A stretch of 32,000 nt of DNA from the NCBI RefSeq assembly GCF_000011805.1, contig NC_006841.2. The stretch is one strand, 5' to 3'. Positions 17,508-27,450 of this stretch are shown one piece after another (the first letter of the stretch is position 1; each line of letters begins with the position of its first letter). A program made the position numbers and the translations under genes. The notes beneath the pieces are model-generated. The model saw nothing but the letters and a program-made list of their open reading frames with translations. It made no database searches and was not told the DNA's origin. The stretch is from Aliivibrio fischeri ES114 (lineage in GTDB: Bacteria; Pseudomonadota; Gammaproteobacteria; Enterobacterales; Vibrionaceae).

Positions 17508-19010
17508 ATGCTACAGAAAGTATTATTAGTCGAAGACTCCACTTCTCTGGCTATCCTCTATAAACAGTATGTGAAAGATGAACCTTATGAATTCTTTCAC
17601 GTTACTACAGGGGAGCAAGCGAAGGCATTTATGGAAAAGAATCCACCACATTTGGTGATTCTCGATTTGAAACTGCCAGATATGTCAGGGCAGGATGTAC
17701 TTGCATGGATGAAAGAAAAACAATTACCTACCGCCGTTATCATTGCAACCGCTCACGGTACAATTAATATTGCAGTGAATCTTCTACAAAATGGTGCAGA
17801 TGATTTTATCGAAAAACCAATCCAAGCAGAACGATTAAAAACATCCATTGCTAACCACCTAAAGCGCAACAAACTAGAAGGTTTGGTTGAAGATTTACAA
17901 AACACATTCAACCGAAAACAATACCAAGGCTTTATTGGCTCAAGTTTACCGATGCAAGCCGTCTATAAAATCATTGATTCAGTAGCTCCAACCACAGCCA
18001 GTGTTTTCATTTATGGTGAAAGCGGTACAGGTAAAGAAGTATGCGCCGAGGCCATTCATTATCAAAGTAAACGCAGCAATAAACCTTTTGTTGCCATCAA
18101 TTGCGGTGCCATACCAAGAGATTTAATGGAAAGTGAGATTTTCGGTCATATAAAAGGGGCTTTTACTGGTGCAACCACCGACCGTAAAGGCGCAGCCATG
18201 TTAGCAAATGGTGGCACACTCTTTTTAGATGAGTTGTGCGAAATGGAGCTTGAAATGCAGAAGAAATTACTGCGTTTCTTGCAGACTGGTCGATTCACTC
18301 CATTAGGTGGAAGCAAAGAGCTCAGCACCGATATACGTATTATTTGTGCAACCAACCGAGACCCATTAACTGAAGTTAACGAAGGACGTTTTAGAGAGGA
18401 TTTATACTACCGAGTCCATGTTGTGCCTATTCATATGCCACCACTGCGCGAACGAGGAACGGATATCATCGATATCGCGACTTTCTTCTTAAAAAAATAC
18501 GCAAAAGAAGATCATAAAAAATTTAAAGCATTAAAACGTAATGTTGAATTAAGACTATGCAATTACTCATGGCCAGGTAACGTACGTCAGCTACAAAATA
18601 TTATTCGAAATGTAGTGGTATTACATAACGATACCCATGTAGCAATAGAGCACCTTCCGCCACCACTAAATCAACCAGTAACCAATAAAGCGACACCCGT
18701 TGCTTCTAAACCATCTTTTACAGCACCTTCTCAGTTATCAAGAAATATGGAAACCGCTGACGTTCAACATAATCAGACAGAACAACAGCTATCCTCATCA
18801 TCTGAGGGACAAACTTTAGAAACCAGTGCGACAGATGCAATTAATACCAGTGTAATTCGCCCAATGGCAGATATCGAACGTGAAGTCATTCAAAATGCTA
18901 TCGATCATTGCGATGGTAATGTTCTTAATGCTGCCGTTCTCTTAGAGTTAAGCCCGTCAACACTCTATCGTAAAAAACAGGCGTGGGAAGCCTATGAAGA
19001 ATCGGAATGA
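17508..19010 (+). CDS. sypG: SypG, sigma-54-dependent response regulator (NtrC family)
   Basis: Track start 17499; ATG 17508 gives better SD spacing (AGGAT). Receiver (LLVEDSTSLA...LVILDLKLPDMSG), AAA+ (GESGTGKE, GAFTGATTDRKG), Fis-type HTH (LLELSPSTLYRKKQ). Confidence 0.95.
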   Translation: MLQKVLLVEDSTSLAILYKQYVKDEPYEFFHVTTGEQAKAFMEKNPPHLVILDLKLPDMSGQDVLAWMKEKQLPTAVIIATAHGTINIAVNLLQNGADDFIEKPIQAERLKTSIANHLKRNKLEGLVEDLQNTFNRKQYQGFIGSSLPMQAVYKIIDSVAPTTASVFIYGESGTGKEVCAEAIHYQSKRSNKPFVAINCGAIPRDLMESEIFGHIKGAFTGATTDRKGAAMLANGGTLFLDELCEMELEMQKKLLRFLQTGRFTPLGGSKELSTDIRIICATNRDPLTEVNEGRFREDLYYRVHVVPIHMPPLRERGTDIIDIATFFLKKYAKEDHKKFKALKRNVELRLCNYSWPGNVRQLQNIIRNVVVLHNDTHVAIEHLPPPLNQPVTNKATPVASKPSFTAPSQLSRNMETADVQHNQTEQQLSSSSEGQTLETSATDAINTSVIRPMADIEREVIQNAIDHCDGNVLNAAVLLELSPSTLYRKKQAWEAYEESE

Positions 19011-20010
19011 TGAAATATGGTTACTGCTTGATAGCCGTAATTTTGGAGGTATCGAATCACACGTATTACAGCTTGCAAAAGGGATAAAGTCCTTTCAACG
19101 CTCGGTACGTGTAATTTTTCTCTGTCGTTACCCTACAACTCACCCTTTAGTCGCCCTACTTAATGAAGCGAATGTTTCCTATCGTTTTTTAGAAGGCTCA
19201 TTTTCGTCTTTATTAACCTATACACGCCACCACAGTCCAAAAGTCATTCATTCACATGGCTACAAAGCGGCATTATATTCCAGATTACTGCGTATCTCTC
19301 AATATACCTCTCAGCAAAAAATACGCTATATCAATACCTATCATGCAGGTGAAATTTCACGAGGAAAACTAGCAATATATGATTTAATTGATCGCTGGAG
19401 TGCACCGTTGAGCCATTGCAACTTTGCAGTAAGTGAATTAATTAAAAAAAGAATCCCAAGCAAAACAACGGTATTAAATAACTTCATAAATACAGAGAAC
19501 TTAATTCAATCAAAAGGCACCCAAATTGCGTTTGTTGGGCGTCTAAGTCATGAAAAAGCACCTGATCGCTTCCTTGAATTAGCCAATCAGCTATCTAAAG
19601 TACAGTTTCATTTTTATGGCTCAGGTCCAATGGAAAAAAACTTACAAAACTACTCACCTTCCAATCTTCATTTTCACGGGCATCAAAACTCAATGGATTC
19701 CATTTGGCCACACATTGGATTACTTGTTATTTGCTCACGTTATGAAGGCTTACCTATGGTTGCATTAGAAGCTATGGGGCGAGGTATTCCGGTGGTCTCA
19801 ACCCCCGTAGGAAATATGCCGACACTCATCTGTAATAATGAAAATGGATGGATAGTTACCCCTGATGCTCTACCTACAGCAATAAAAAATTGGGTAAACT
19901 TACCGTCATCCCAAGCTAAAAATATTCAGAAAAATGCACAACAAACCATTCAAGAAACGTTCTCTTCTCAAGCTATCATCCCCTCTTTATTGTCTGCTTA
20001 TCAAATTTAA
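18994..20010 (+). CDS. sypH: SypH, GT4-like glycosyltransferase
   Basis: IAFVGRLSHEKAPDRFLELA...LVICSRYEGLPMVALEAMGRGIPVVSTPVGNMP; overlaps sypG end by 17 bp. Confidence 0.92.
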   Translation: MKNRNDEIWLLLDSRNFGGIESHVLQLAKGIKSFQRSVRVIFLCRYPTTHPLVALLNEANVSYRFLEGSFSSLLTYTRHHSPKVIHSHGYKAALYSRLLRISQYTSQQKIRYINTYHAGEISRGKLAIYDLIDRWSAPLSHCNFAVSELIKKRIPSKTTVLNNFINTENLIQSKGTQIAFVGRLSHEKAPDRFLELANQLSKVQFHFYGSGPMEKNLQNYSPSNLHFHGHQNSMDSIWPHIGLLVICSRYEGLPMVALEAMGRGIPVVSTPVGNMPTLICNNENGWIVTPDALPTAIKNWVNLPSSQAKNIQKNAQQTIQETFSSQAIIPSLLSAYQI

Positions 20011-20016
20011 TTTGGT

Positions 20017-20053
20017 TTCTCATATTGATAAAAATCTATTCTCAATTTGAGAA
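20017..20053 (+). promoter_or_regulatory. Two SypG boxes upstream of sypI
   Basis: TTCTCATATTGATAA (20017-20031) and near-palindromic TTCTCAATTTGAGAA (20039-20053), 22 bp between starts. Confidence 0.75.
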
Positions 20054-20111
20054 AAATAAAACAGCATATAAATTAATCATTAAAATTCAACAAGATAATA
20101 TAACATTCAAG

Positions 20112-20128
20112 ATGGCACTCCATTTGCT
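20112..20128 (+). promoter_or_regulatory. Sigma-54 promoter upstream of sypI
   Basis: ATGGCACTCCATTTGCT, TGGCAC and TTGCT with correct spacing. Confidence 0.9.
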
Positions 20129-20170
20129 CTATCTCTTATATCAAGAAGAAACTGCAAGGATGGTGAGCCG

Positions 20171-21445
20171 ATGTCTAAATCAAAAAAAACAACCTTACTG
20201 TTTGTACATTATGGTGATAACTGGATCCGAGGCAGTGAAGTTTGTCTTATTAATCTAATTAAAAGCATCAACCATCAGAAATACCGCTGTATTTTATGGT
20301 GTAATCAACAATGTCTTGCTGATGAAGTAAATAAGCAAGTGGAAGCAGCATACGTTACTCCTTTCACATTACTGCTTGGTTGGGATTCTCCTCGATTTTC
20401 ATTATCTAACTGGTTCCAGTTTTATCAACAGGGTAAACAAATCATCAAGTCACATAATATTGACTTAATCCATTGCAATAGTGCTGCGCCTTGTCAATGG
20501 ATGAACTTGGTTGCTCGTCATACTCAAATTCCATTAGTCACTCACCTACATACCCAATATCCACTAAGGGATAGACTGAGCTTAGGTATTCATTTAAGTC
20601 CTAAACTCGTCACAGTAAGTGATGCGATTAGTCAAAACGTTTTAACTGACGGGTACAAAAAAGAGCAACTAACAACAATACCAAATGGAATAAATACAAC
20701 AAAATTAAACACACAACATAAAATCGACCTAAGAGCCCAATTAGGTATTGATAAAGATGCTTATGTTTTAGCAACATCAGGCTCATTAATTCATCGAAAA
20801 GGAGTCGACTTACTCATTGATAGCTTAGTTCTGGTTGACGCTGTAACGCTAAATATCCATTTAGTTATTATTGGTGAAGGGGAAGAAAGAGCAAACCTTG
20901 AAGCACAGGTTCGTCGATTAAAACTCACCAACAACGTCCATTTTTTAGGAGAACAATCTAATGTTGTCGGTTTATTAAAAAGCGATATTAATGCATACAT
21001 CAGCGGAGCAAGGGATGAAGCCTTTGGTTTAGCACTCATTGAGGCATCACTGGCTCAATTACCTGTTATTGCACCTATGGTTGGTGGTATTCCAGAGGTG
21101 ATCACACACTACGAAACTGGCTTTCTTACACAACCCAATGACAGCGAATCTTTTGCAAAAGCCATTATGGTGTTTATCCAAAACCCGCACTTAGCTTCTC
21201 GCCTAGGGAAAAAAGGAAAAGAAACCGTTTATCGTTATTTCACCTTATCTCAATACGCACAACAATTTGAAAATATCTATGAAGAACAGCTCATTAATAA
21301 TCAATCACACACCCAACCTCTATGGGCGGCAATTAAACCTATTTTCAATAACTTAACGTACATTTCTAAACTATTTGTACGTAACCACATTGCCTCTCAC
21401 TTCCGCTCAAATGACGATCTAAGCAAGGAGGCACACCATGAATAA
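20171..21445 (+). CDS. sypI: SypI, GT4-like glycosyltransferase
   Basis: GSLIHRKGVDLLIDSLV...YISGARDEAFGLALIEASLAQLPVIAPMVGGIPEVITH; locus position. Confidence 0.92.
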   Translation: MSKSKKTTLLFVHYGDNWIRGSEVCLINLIKSINHQKYRCILWCNQQCLADEVNKQVEAAYVTPFTLLLGWDSPRFSLSNWFQFYQQGKQIIKSHNIDLIHCNSAAPCQWMNLVARHTQIPLVTHLHTQYPLRDRLSLGIHLSPKLVTVSDAISQNVLTDGYKKEQLTTIPNGINTTKLNTQHKIDLRAQLGIDKDAYVLATSGSLIHRKGVDLLIDSLVLVDAVTLNIHLVIIGEGEERANLEAQVRRLKLTNNVHFLGEQSNVVGLLKSDINAYISGARDEAFGLALIEASLAQLPVIAPMVGGIPEVITHYETGFLTQPNDSESFAKAIMVFIQNPHLASRLGKKGKETVYRYFTLSQYAQQFENIYEEQLINNQSHTQPLWAAIKPIFNNLTYISKLFVRNHIASHFRSNDDLSKEAHHE

Positions 21446-22601
21446 TATCAACCATATCTTAGTATTCGATCCCATCACCTACGCTGGAGGCTCAAAAGTT
21501 GCCACTCGTGAAATGATGGATTTAATAAACAGAAAAAAACACCACATTACGATACTTACCGCAAATCCAAGCTCTTGGTTATTACGTAATGTTGAAATGA
21601 TCAATATGTCACACCCTAAATGGCTTCCAATATCAGAACATGGGAAAGGTTATTGGTTAAGACAACTCTATTTTTGTTTTTGGTTGATATATACACGAAT
21701 TTTCTATGGAAAAATAAATATGGCTGTAGGGGCTTCAGGTCCTGGGATCGACATGCCTCTTTATCTTATGAAAGGATTGCTTGGCTATCAAATTACTCAG
21801 CTAATTCATGGACCAGTCGGTTTATCTCGATCTATTGGTCTCTGTTTATGTAAAGCTCAACACGTTTTCTACTTAAAAAGCGCTTATCCTTCATTAATCG
21901 CTGCAATCAAACAAGTATGGCGTAAAAAACCTGAAACCGTTCAAGAAGAAAATGCACAACATCTATTACGTACTCATCATTTTGAAGCATTTGTGAATGG
22001 TATTAGTGAAAAGAACTTACCTTCTCCTTGTCAGTATGAAACCCCTTCTCTTTTTTGGGCTGCATCATTATTAAAATGGAAAGGATTAGATTTATTACTA
22101 GAGGTAATTAATTCCACTCCAGAATCTAATAGAGTACCAGTTAGAGTTTGCTATCTACTACCTGAAAACAATGCTCTACCCACAACAAAAGCACCGCAGG
22201 ATATAAAAAGCATTGAATGGCATCATCAACCAGCTCAACTTGATCGTCTTCGCTCACAATCCAATATTTTTATTTCAACAAGTCACCAAGAACCATTTGG
22301 TTTGTCTATCCTTGAAGCTCTCATTGCGGGAATGTGTGTGATTATCCCTTCTGATGGTGCATTTTGGGATCTGGTATTAACGCATAATAAAAACTGCTTA
22401 AAATATAAGCCTAATGATATCAGCTCATTACAACAACAAATCAATAAAGCGACATCTAATATTCAGTTAATAAAAACAATCGGAAAAGCTGGGGCTAACT
22501 TATCACAAGGCTATCGCTCAGAACAATGCTATTTGAATATTAAATTAGCAATAGAAAAGCGCTCTCTTTCAGCTCTATCATTAGATGAGGTGAAACAATG
22601 A
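21438..22601 (+). CDS. sypJ: SypJ, glycosyltransferase
   Basis: FISTSHQEPFGLSILEALIAGMCVIIPSDGAFWDLV; 8-bp overlap with sypI; locus position. Confidence 0.9.
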   Translation: MNNINHILVFDPITYAGGSKVATREMMDLINRKKHHITILTANPSSWLLRNVEMINMSHPKWLPISEHGKGYWLRQLYFCFWLIYTRIFYGKINMAVGASGPGIDMPLYLMKGLLGYQITQLIHGPVGLSRSIGLCLCKAQHVFYLKSAYPSLIAAIKQVWRKKPETVQEENAQHLLRTHHFEAFVNGISEKNLPSPCQYETPSLFWAASLLKWKGLDLLLEVINSTPESNRVPVRVCYLLPENNALPTTKAPQDIKSIEWHHQPAQLDRLRSQSNIFISTSHQEPFGLSILEALIAGMCVIIPSDGAFWDLVLTHNKNCLKYKPNDISSLQQQINKATSNIQLIKTIGKAGANLSQGYRSEQCYLNIKLAIEKRSLSALSLDEVKQ

Positions 22602-24040
22602 GTCTATTTCCTTTATCACCCATGCTAAAAAACATGGCGCTGTATGGGACAAGTATCGTGCTAATGAAAGGCGTATCTCTGTTCATGCTGCCATATATTG
22701 CTAATCATATCTCGCAATATGAGCTAGGACGTTTAGAGCTACTCGCTACTTTTGCAATGATCTTAAGTGTTGTTCTTGGATTTTCATTACACGAAGCTCT
22801 TTATCGTTTTGCAGGAGCAGAACAAGACCCTTATAAAAAAAGAAAGATAACGGCACAAATATTCACATTAACCATGATTGTAGGCGCAGTATCTTTACCT
22901 ATCATTTGGATAATCAGTCCTTTCTTTAATGAATTCAAACCAGAATATGCAAGTACTATTGAACTTGAATTATTGCTTATGCCTTTGGCTTTCGAAGGAA
23001 TGATTGCCGTTGTGTTAGCCTCTTTAAGAATGCAAGATAAAGCACAGTTATTCTTCTATTTAACAACAGGTCGAGCATTACTTCAGGCCATATTAACCGT
23101 TATTGTTTTACAACAAGGTTATGGCGTAACCGCTATTTTACTTGCTGGTTTTATTAGTGCAGTAATACAAATAATTGCTTTGGTTTACATACAAATGAAT
23201 GAAAATCTGAAAGTAGAAAATACAAGCTATGTATTTAGCAAAGACATTGCTCAACTATGTCTTCCATATTGCTTTCCATTAATGCTAAGTGGATTGATTG
23301 CTTTTGGTTTAAACGGCTTTGAACGTTGGGTGCTTGCAGAAAATACCAGTTTTAATGACATTGCCTTATATGCTGTAGCACTTAAGTTTTCTCTTGCTCT
23401 TACACTACTGATGCAGCCATTTTGCATGTGGTGGATGCCTAAACGTTTTGATTACTTACATGCAAAAGGAAATAAACTAACAGCGCAAATAACAGAAAGT
23501 AGCCTTGTACTACTATGTTCATTAACGATCCTAGTCAGCTACTTAGCTCCTGTATTAATCGATTGGTTAATGCCAACCACCTATCAATCAGCAAAACATA
23601 TTGCAGTTACCTTGATCATCGTTTCAGCAATTAAAGAATTAAATGAGTTAATTAATATTGGAGTACTTGCTAAGAAAAAAACAAACGCATTACTTTGGAT
23701 TAATGGCGTAGCTACAATCATAGGAGTTGCATTAATTGTTATGTTAACGCCAATATACGGTGTATCCGGCGTTCTTACTTCATTGATTATCGCGCAACTA
23801 CTACGAGTTATTGCTACATTCATTCTATCTCAACGTTACCATAATCTTCCCTACTCAATGGGAAAACTAGTGGTTATATTTTTAATTACAACCATTTCGA
23901 TTGCACTCAGTTTGTCAGGTTATTCAACCCTGTTACATCTTGTTATCGCCGCGGCTTCTACGGTTACCTTGATTGTCTTTGCTTTTCAATTAAGTCTCAT
24001 CACTTTTCCTAAAAAAGAACAAACAGGAAAAACACTATGA
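22598..24040 (+). CDS. sypK: SypK, Wzx-type oligosaccharide translocase (multi-TM)
   Basis: About 12-14 hydrophobic segments, N-terminus ALYGTSIVLMKGVSLFMLPYIANHISQYELGRLELLATF typical of the MOP/Wzx flippase family. Confidence 0.93.
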   Translation: MSLFPLSPMLKNMALYGTSIVLMKGVSLFMLPYIANHISQYELGRLELLATFAMILSVVLGFSLHEALYRFAGAEQDPYKKRKITAQIFTLTMIVGAVSLPIIWIISPFFNEFKPEYASTIELELLLMPLAFEGMIAVVLASLRMQDKAQLFFYLTTGRALLQAILTVIVLQQGYGVTAILLAGFISAVIQIIALVYIQMNENLKVENTSYVFSKDIAQLCLPYCFPLMLSGLIAFGLNGFERWVLAENTSFNDIALYAVALKFSLALTLLMQPFCMWWMPKRFDYLHAKGNKLTAQITESSLVLLCSLTILVSYLAPVLIDWLMPTTYQSAKHIAVTLIIVSAIKELNELINIGVLAKKKTNALLWINGVATIIGVALIVMLTPIYGVSGVLTSLIIAQLLRVIATFILSQRYHNLPYSMGKLVVIFLITTISIALSLSGYSTLLHLVIAAASTVTLIVFAFQLSLITFPKKEQTGKTL

Positions 24041-25422
24041 TGGATAATAATGTGCCACTTCAATCTCAAACACGACAATGGGTTACAGCTCTTGCATGTT
24101 CGTTAATCTTAGGGGGGCTGTGGTATATTTTTCCTAATCCATCTTGGCTCATTAGTGTAAGCTTTCTTATTCTTGCTACGCTTTACACTCTCAATCGTCC
24201 ATTTGTAATTGTGCTACTTTTTGTTATTTTTTCCTTTTTCCGAATACATGAGGTTTTTCCACAACTTTATTCTTTAAAGATCCCTTTATTCTTATCTATT
24301 GGCTCACTTACTGCACTTATCTGGCAAGTTGGGGTTACTCGCCAAATAAAATTATTTTGGTGTAAAGAGTTCACCCTCCTTACAAGTTTCTTATTGTTAG
24401 TTATTATCGGCGTTGTATTTGCCAGTAATCATCCTTTAGCCATTGAGTATTTCAAAAATATTTATTGGAAAATAATACTAATGACCTTTGCTATCGCAAT
24501 ACTCGTCAGAACACCGCAACAACTTGCATTTACTCTAAAAATTATCACGCTTGCAGGCGTTCTCGTTGGCATTGTCGCTATTCAAAATAAACTCGGAGGA
24601 ATAGGACTTGTAGAAGGAACTCGAGTAACTATAGGTAGAGAGCTTGGCTCTATGCTGGGTGATCCCAATGACTTAGCATTAGTTCTTATGTTTCCCACCT
24701 CTTTTGCTGTAGGCTTACTAGTAACCCATCAATTACCTTGGCATCAACGCCTCATTGGTTTTATCGCTATTCCTATTCTATTTTGGGCAATTATAGCAAC
24801 ACAAAGTCGAGGCGGATTATTAGGTATAATGGCGGTTTTTGGTATTTATGGCTTACAACGTATCAAATCAAAAGTGTTATTAATTTCAATAGCAATCATT
24901 GCTGGTGGATTTCTTTTCGTTGTTGCAGGGATATCAGACAGAGCATCAGGAGGTGCAGCAGAAGCAGGCGTTGACGCATCAGCAATGGGACGTTTATATG
25001 CATGGGAAGCCGCTTTTAAAATGGCACTAACAAATCCATTAACAGGTGTAGGTTTAGATAATTTTTATTCCAATTATTTCTATTATAGCCCTCACTGGGA
25101 CGGATTAAACCATGCCGTTCATAGTACATGGTTTGGGGTTCTTGCTGAAACAGGCTTTCTAGGTCTAAGTATCTTTATTGCTCTTATTGTCGTATTAATT
25201 AAAAATGCCAACCACACTTTACAATCGGTTAAAGCAGTTAAAGACCGAATTGATCCCGCAATCTATACCAGTGCTCAAGCTGTATTTGCAGGGTTAATGG
25301 GAACCATAGTATCGGGAACATTTTTGACTCAAGGTTTCAATTGGCCAATCTATATTTTAGCAGCACTTGTCGTCGCGGTAGGTAAAACAGCTCAGGTTGC
25401 ATTAAACCAATTAAAAGAGTAA
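24037..25422 (+). CDS. sypL: SypL, Wzy/WaaL-type O-antigen polymerase/ligase-like membrane protein
   Basis: Multi-TM; LVLMFPTSFAVGLL..., WAIIATQSRGGLLGIMAVFG, NPLTGVGLDNFYSNYFYYSPHWDGLNHAVHSTWFGVLAETGFLGLS (Wzy_C signature with conserved His). Confidence 0.93.
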   Translation: MMDNNVPLQSQTRQWVTALACSLILGGLWYIFPNPSWLISVSFLILATLYTLNRPFVIVLLFVIFSFFRIHEVFPQLYSLKIPLFLSIGSLTALIWQVGVTRQIKLFWCKEFTLLTSFLLLVIIGVVFASNHPLAIEYFKNIYWKIILMTFAIAILVRTPQQLAFTLKIITLAGVLVGIVAIQNKLGGIGLVEGTRVTIGRELGSMLGDPNDLALVLMFPTSFAVGLLVTHQLPWHQRLIGFIAIPILFWAIIATQSRGGLLGIMAVFGIYGLQRIKSKVLLISIAIIAGGFLFVVAGISDRASGGAAEAGVDASAMGRLYAWEAAFKMALTNPLTGVGLDNFYSNYFYYSPHWDGLNHAVHSTWFGVLAETGFLGLSIFIALIVVLIKNANHTLQSVKAVKDRIDPAIYTSAQAVFAGLMGTIVSGTFLTQGFNWPIYILAALVVAVGKTAQVALNQLKE

Positions 25423-25441
25423 ATCCTCACTTTCAAATCGA

Positions 25442-25456
25442 TTCTCAAAATGAGAA
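25442..25456 (+). promoter_or_regulatory. SypG box upstream of sypM
   Basis: TTCTCAAAATGAGAA, near-perfect palindrome. Confidence 0.72.
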
Positions 25457-25513
25457 ATTTAGAATAACCCTAATCAAAATAACATATCCAATTGAAATAT
25501 AAGTAAAAAAATA

Positions 25514-25530
25514 TTGGCACATTCCATGAT
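25514..25530 (+). promoter_or_regulatory. Sigma-54-like promoter upstream of sypM with weak -12
   Basis: TTGGCACATTCCATGAT; perfect -24, -12 is ATGAT rather than TTGCT. Confidence 0.75.
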
Positions 25531-25568
25531 TGATCTACATAAAGAAGAATCAAAAAAGGAATGCCAAT

Positions 25569-26324
25569 ATGAATACATTATCAATTTATCGTTTTAAACA
25601 GTGGCTAAAAGAAGGTGAGAGTCCGCTAGCTCTGACGCTATTTCGTATAGCGAAATCCATCCGACATTTTGAGTTGCCAACTCCTCGCCTGCTTAACAAG
25701 GTACTTTATGGGTTGCACAAGACTCTATGTACTCAATGGCAAGCGTTTACTCACCTTATTTTTTATGTTCCAGCTTTCAAAGGTCGTTTAGAAAGTTATG
25801 GGAAACGCACACTGCTTTACGGTGGCTTACCCTTCTTTAGTGGTCCTTTAACGATGCGCATTGGTAATGACTGCCGCATTTCAGGGCAAACGACCTTTAG
25901 TGGGCGAACGAATTCAGATAATCCAACCTTAGAAGTGGGAGACAATGTCGATATTTGTTGGCAAACCACTATTGCTGTAGGCAACAAAGTTATTATTGGT
26001 AACAATGTACGAATTGCAGGACAAGGTTTTTTATGTGGGTATCCAGGACATCCAATTGATCCAACTGAGCGAGCTTTGGGGAAGCCTGATCTAGATAGTC
26101 AAGTGGGCGATATTATCTTAGAGCAAGACGTATGGCTTGGTTCTCGAGTGAGTATTATCGGCAACGTTACGGTTGGTGAAGGAACCATTGTTGCATCTGG
26201 TAGTGTCGTAACCAAAAGCCTTCCACCTTTTGTACTTGCCGCCGGAAATCCTGCAAAAGTAATCAAAAAACTAGATGTTAATGCATCAAATACAATCAAA
26301 GAGGAAATTCACTATGAAGCCTGA
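25569..26324 (+). CDS. sypM: SypM, left-handed beta-helix (hexapeptide repeat) acetyltransferase
   Basis: Track start 25530 (TTG) lies within the sigma-54 promoter; AAGGA then ATG at 25569 (MNTLSIYRFKQW) is preferred. Hexapeptide repeats VWLGSRVSIIGNVTVGEGTIVASGSVVTKSLPPFVLAAGNPAKVIKKL. Confidence 0.93.
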   Translation: MNTLSIYRFKQWLKEGESPLALTLFRIAKSIRHFELPTPRLLNKVLYGLHKTLCTQWQAFTHLIFYVPAFKGRLESYGKRTLLYGGLPFFSGPLTMRIGNDCRISGQTTFSGRTNSDNPTLEVGDNVDICWQTTIAVGNKVIIGNNVRIAGQGFLCGYPGHPIDPTERALGKPDLDSQVGDIILEQDVWLGSRVSIIGNVTVGEGTIVASGSVVTKSLPPFVLAAGNPAKVIKKLDVNASNTIKEEIHYEA

Positions 26325-27450
26325 TTTGATTGTATTTGGAGAAGATTGGGGAGGACTTCCCTCAAGTACCCAACATTTAATAAAACAGCTAGCACTTACT
26401 CGAAAAGTAGTGTGGATTAACTCTATTGGTTTACGCCAACCTCGCTTCTCAATTCATGATATGAAACGAGTGTGGAGAAAGCTGACACAAAAAAGTGCAG
26501 TTCAAGCCCATAATGAAAACGAGGCTCCGTTTACAACGGTAAATATCAAAACCATCCCTGCGCCAAAAGGAACATTTGCTCGCTGGGTTGCAAAAAAGCT
26601 TATCATCAATCAACTAAAACCTATTTTGCAAAAAGAAAAACTAAACCAACCTATCTTATGGACATCATTACCTACAGTTGCTGATGTATGTGGTGAGCTA
26701 GGTGAGAAAAGCGTGGTTTATTATTGTGGTGACGATTTTGGTGCATTAGCTGGCGTTGATCATAATACGGTAATACAACATGAACAAAAACTCATTGATA
26801 AAGCGGATCTTATCCTAGCCGCCAGTAAAGAGTTACTAATAAAATTTCCTAAAGGAAAAACCCAATTATTAACCCATGGTGTTGATTTCACACTATTTAA
26901 TCAACCAGTACCAAGAGCAAAAGACCTGCCTAATGATGGGCGCCCAATTGCTGGCTTTTATGGCAGCCTATCTGACTGGCTTGATTACGACTTACTAAAT
27001 AAAGTCATTGCAGAGAATCCACTTTGGCATTTTGTTTTTATAGGAAAAAATGAATTAACGTATAACCCATTTAAAAATCATCCTAATTTGCACTTACTTG
27101 GCCCCAAAATGCACTACCACCTGCCAAGATACAGTCAGCATTGGCAAGCAAACCTACTCCCATTTGTTGATAACGAACAAATCAAAGCTTGTAATCCTTT
27201 AAAACTATTAGAGTATTTAGCAACAGGGACGCCTATTATTAGCACTTCATTTCCAGCGTTAGTGCCTTATATTGCTGAAATTCACACTGTAAATTCAACT
27301 CAAGATTTTACGACTCACTTAAACAATATTCATTCTAATTGGCTCAATTCATCAGTAAATAACAAAAACACCCAGCAAGCCGCATTAACTAAAAAGCATA
27401 CATGGCAAGCAAAAGCACAACAGCTTGATGTGTGGTTGGAGGCATTATGA
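26314..27450 (+). CDS. sypN: SypN, glycosyltransferase
   Basis: Track start 26275; ATG 26314 preceded by GAGGA. LHLLGPKMHYHLPRYSQHWQANLLPFVDNEQIKACNPLKLLEYLATGTPIISTSFPA. Confidence 0.9.
   Translation: MKPDLIVFGEDWGGLPSSTQHLIKQLALTRKVVWINSIGLRQPRFSIHDMKRVWRKLTQKSAVQAHNENEAPFTTVNIKTIPAPKGTFARWVAKKLIINQLKPILQKEKLNQPILWTSLPTVADVCGELGEKSVVYYCGDDFGALAGVDHNTVIQHEQKLIDKADLILAASKELLIKFPKGKTQLLTHGVDFTLFNQPVPRAKDLPNDGRPIAGFYGSLSDWLDYDLLNKVIAENPLWHFVFIGKNELTYNPFKNHPNLHLLGPKMHYHLPRYSQHWQANLLPFVDNEQIKACNPLKLLEYLATGTPIISTSFPALVPYIAEIHTVNSTQDFTTHLNNIHSNWLNSSVNNKNTQQAALTKKHTWQAKAQQLDVWLEAL

Noticed and set aside
20025-20258. 77-aa ORF before sypI
   Set aside because: It covers the SypG box, promoter and start of sypI in another frame, with no recognisable domain; low-complexity AT-rich sequence.
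24738-24974. 78-aa plus-strand ORF inside sypL and similar out-of-frame ORFs (21620-21853, 28201-28476)
   Set aside because: Alternative-frame translations of strongly supported membrane or Wzz protein genes.
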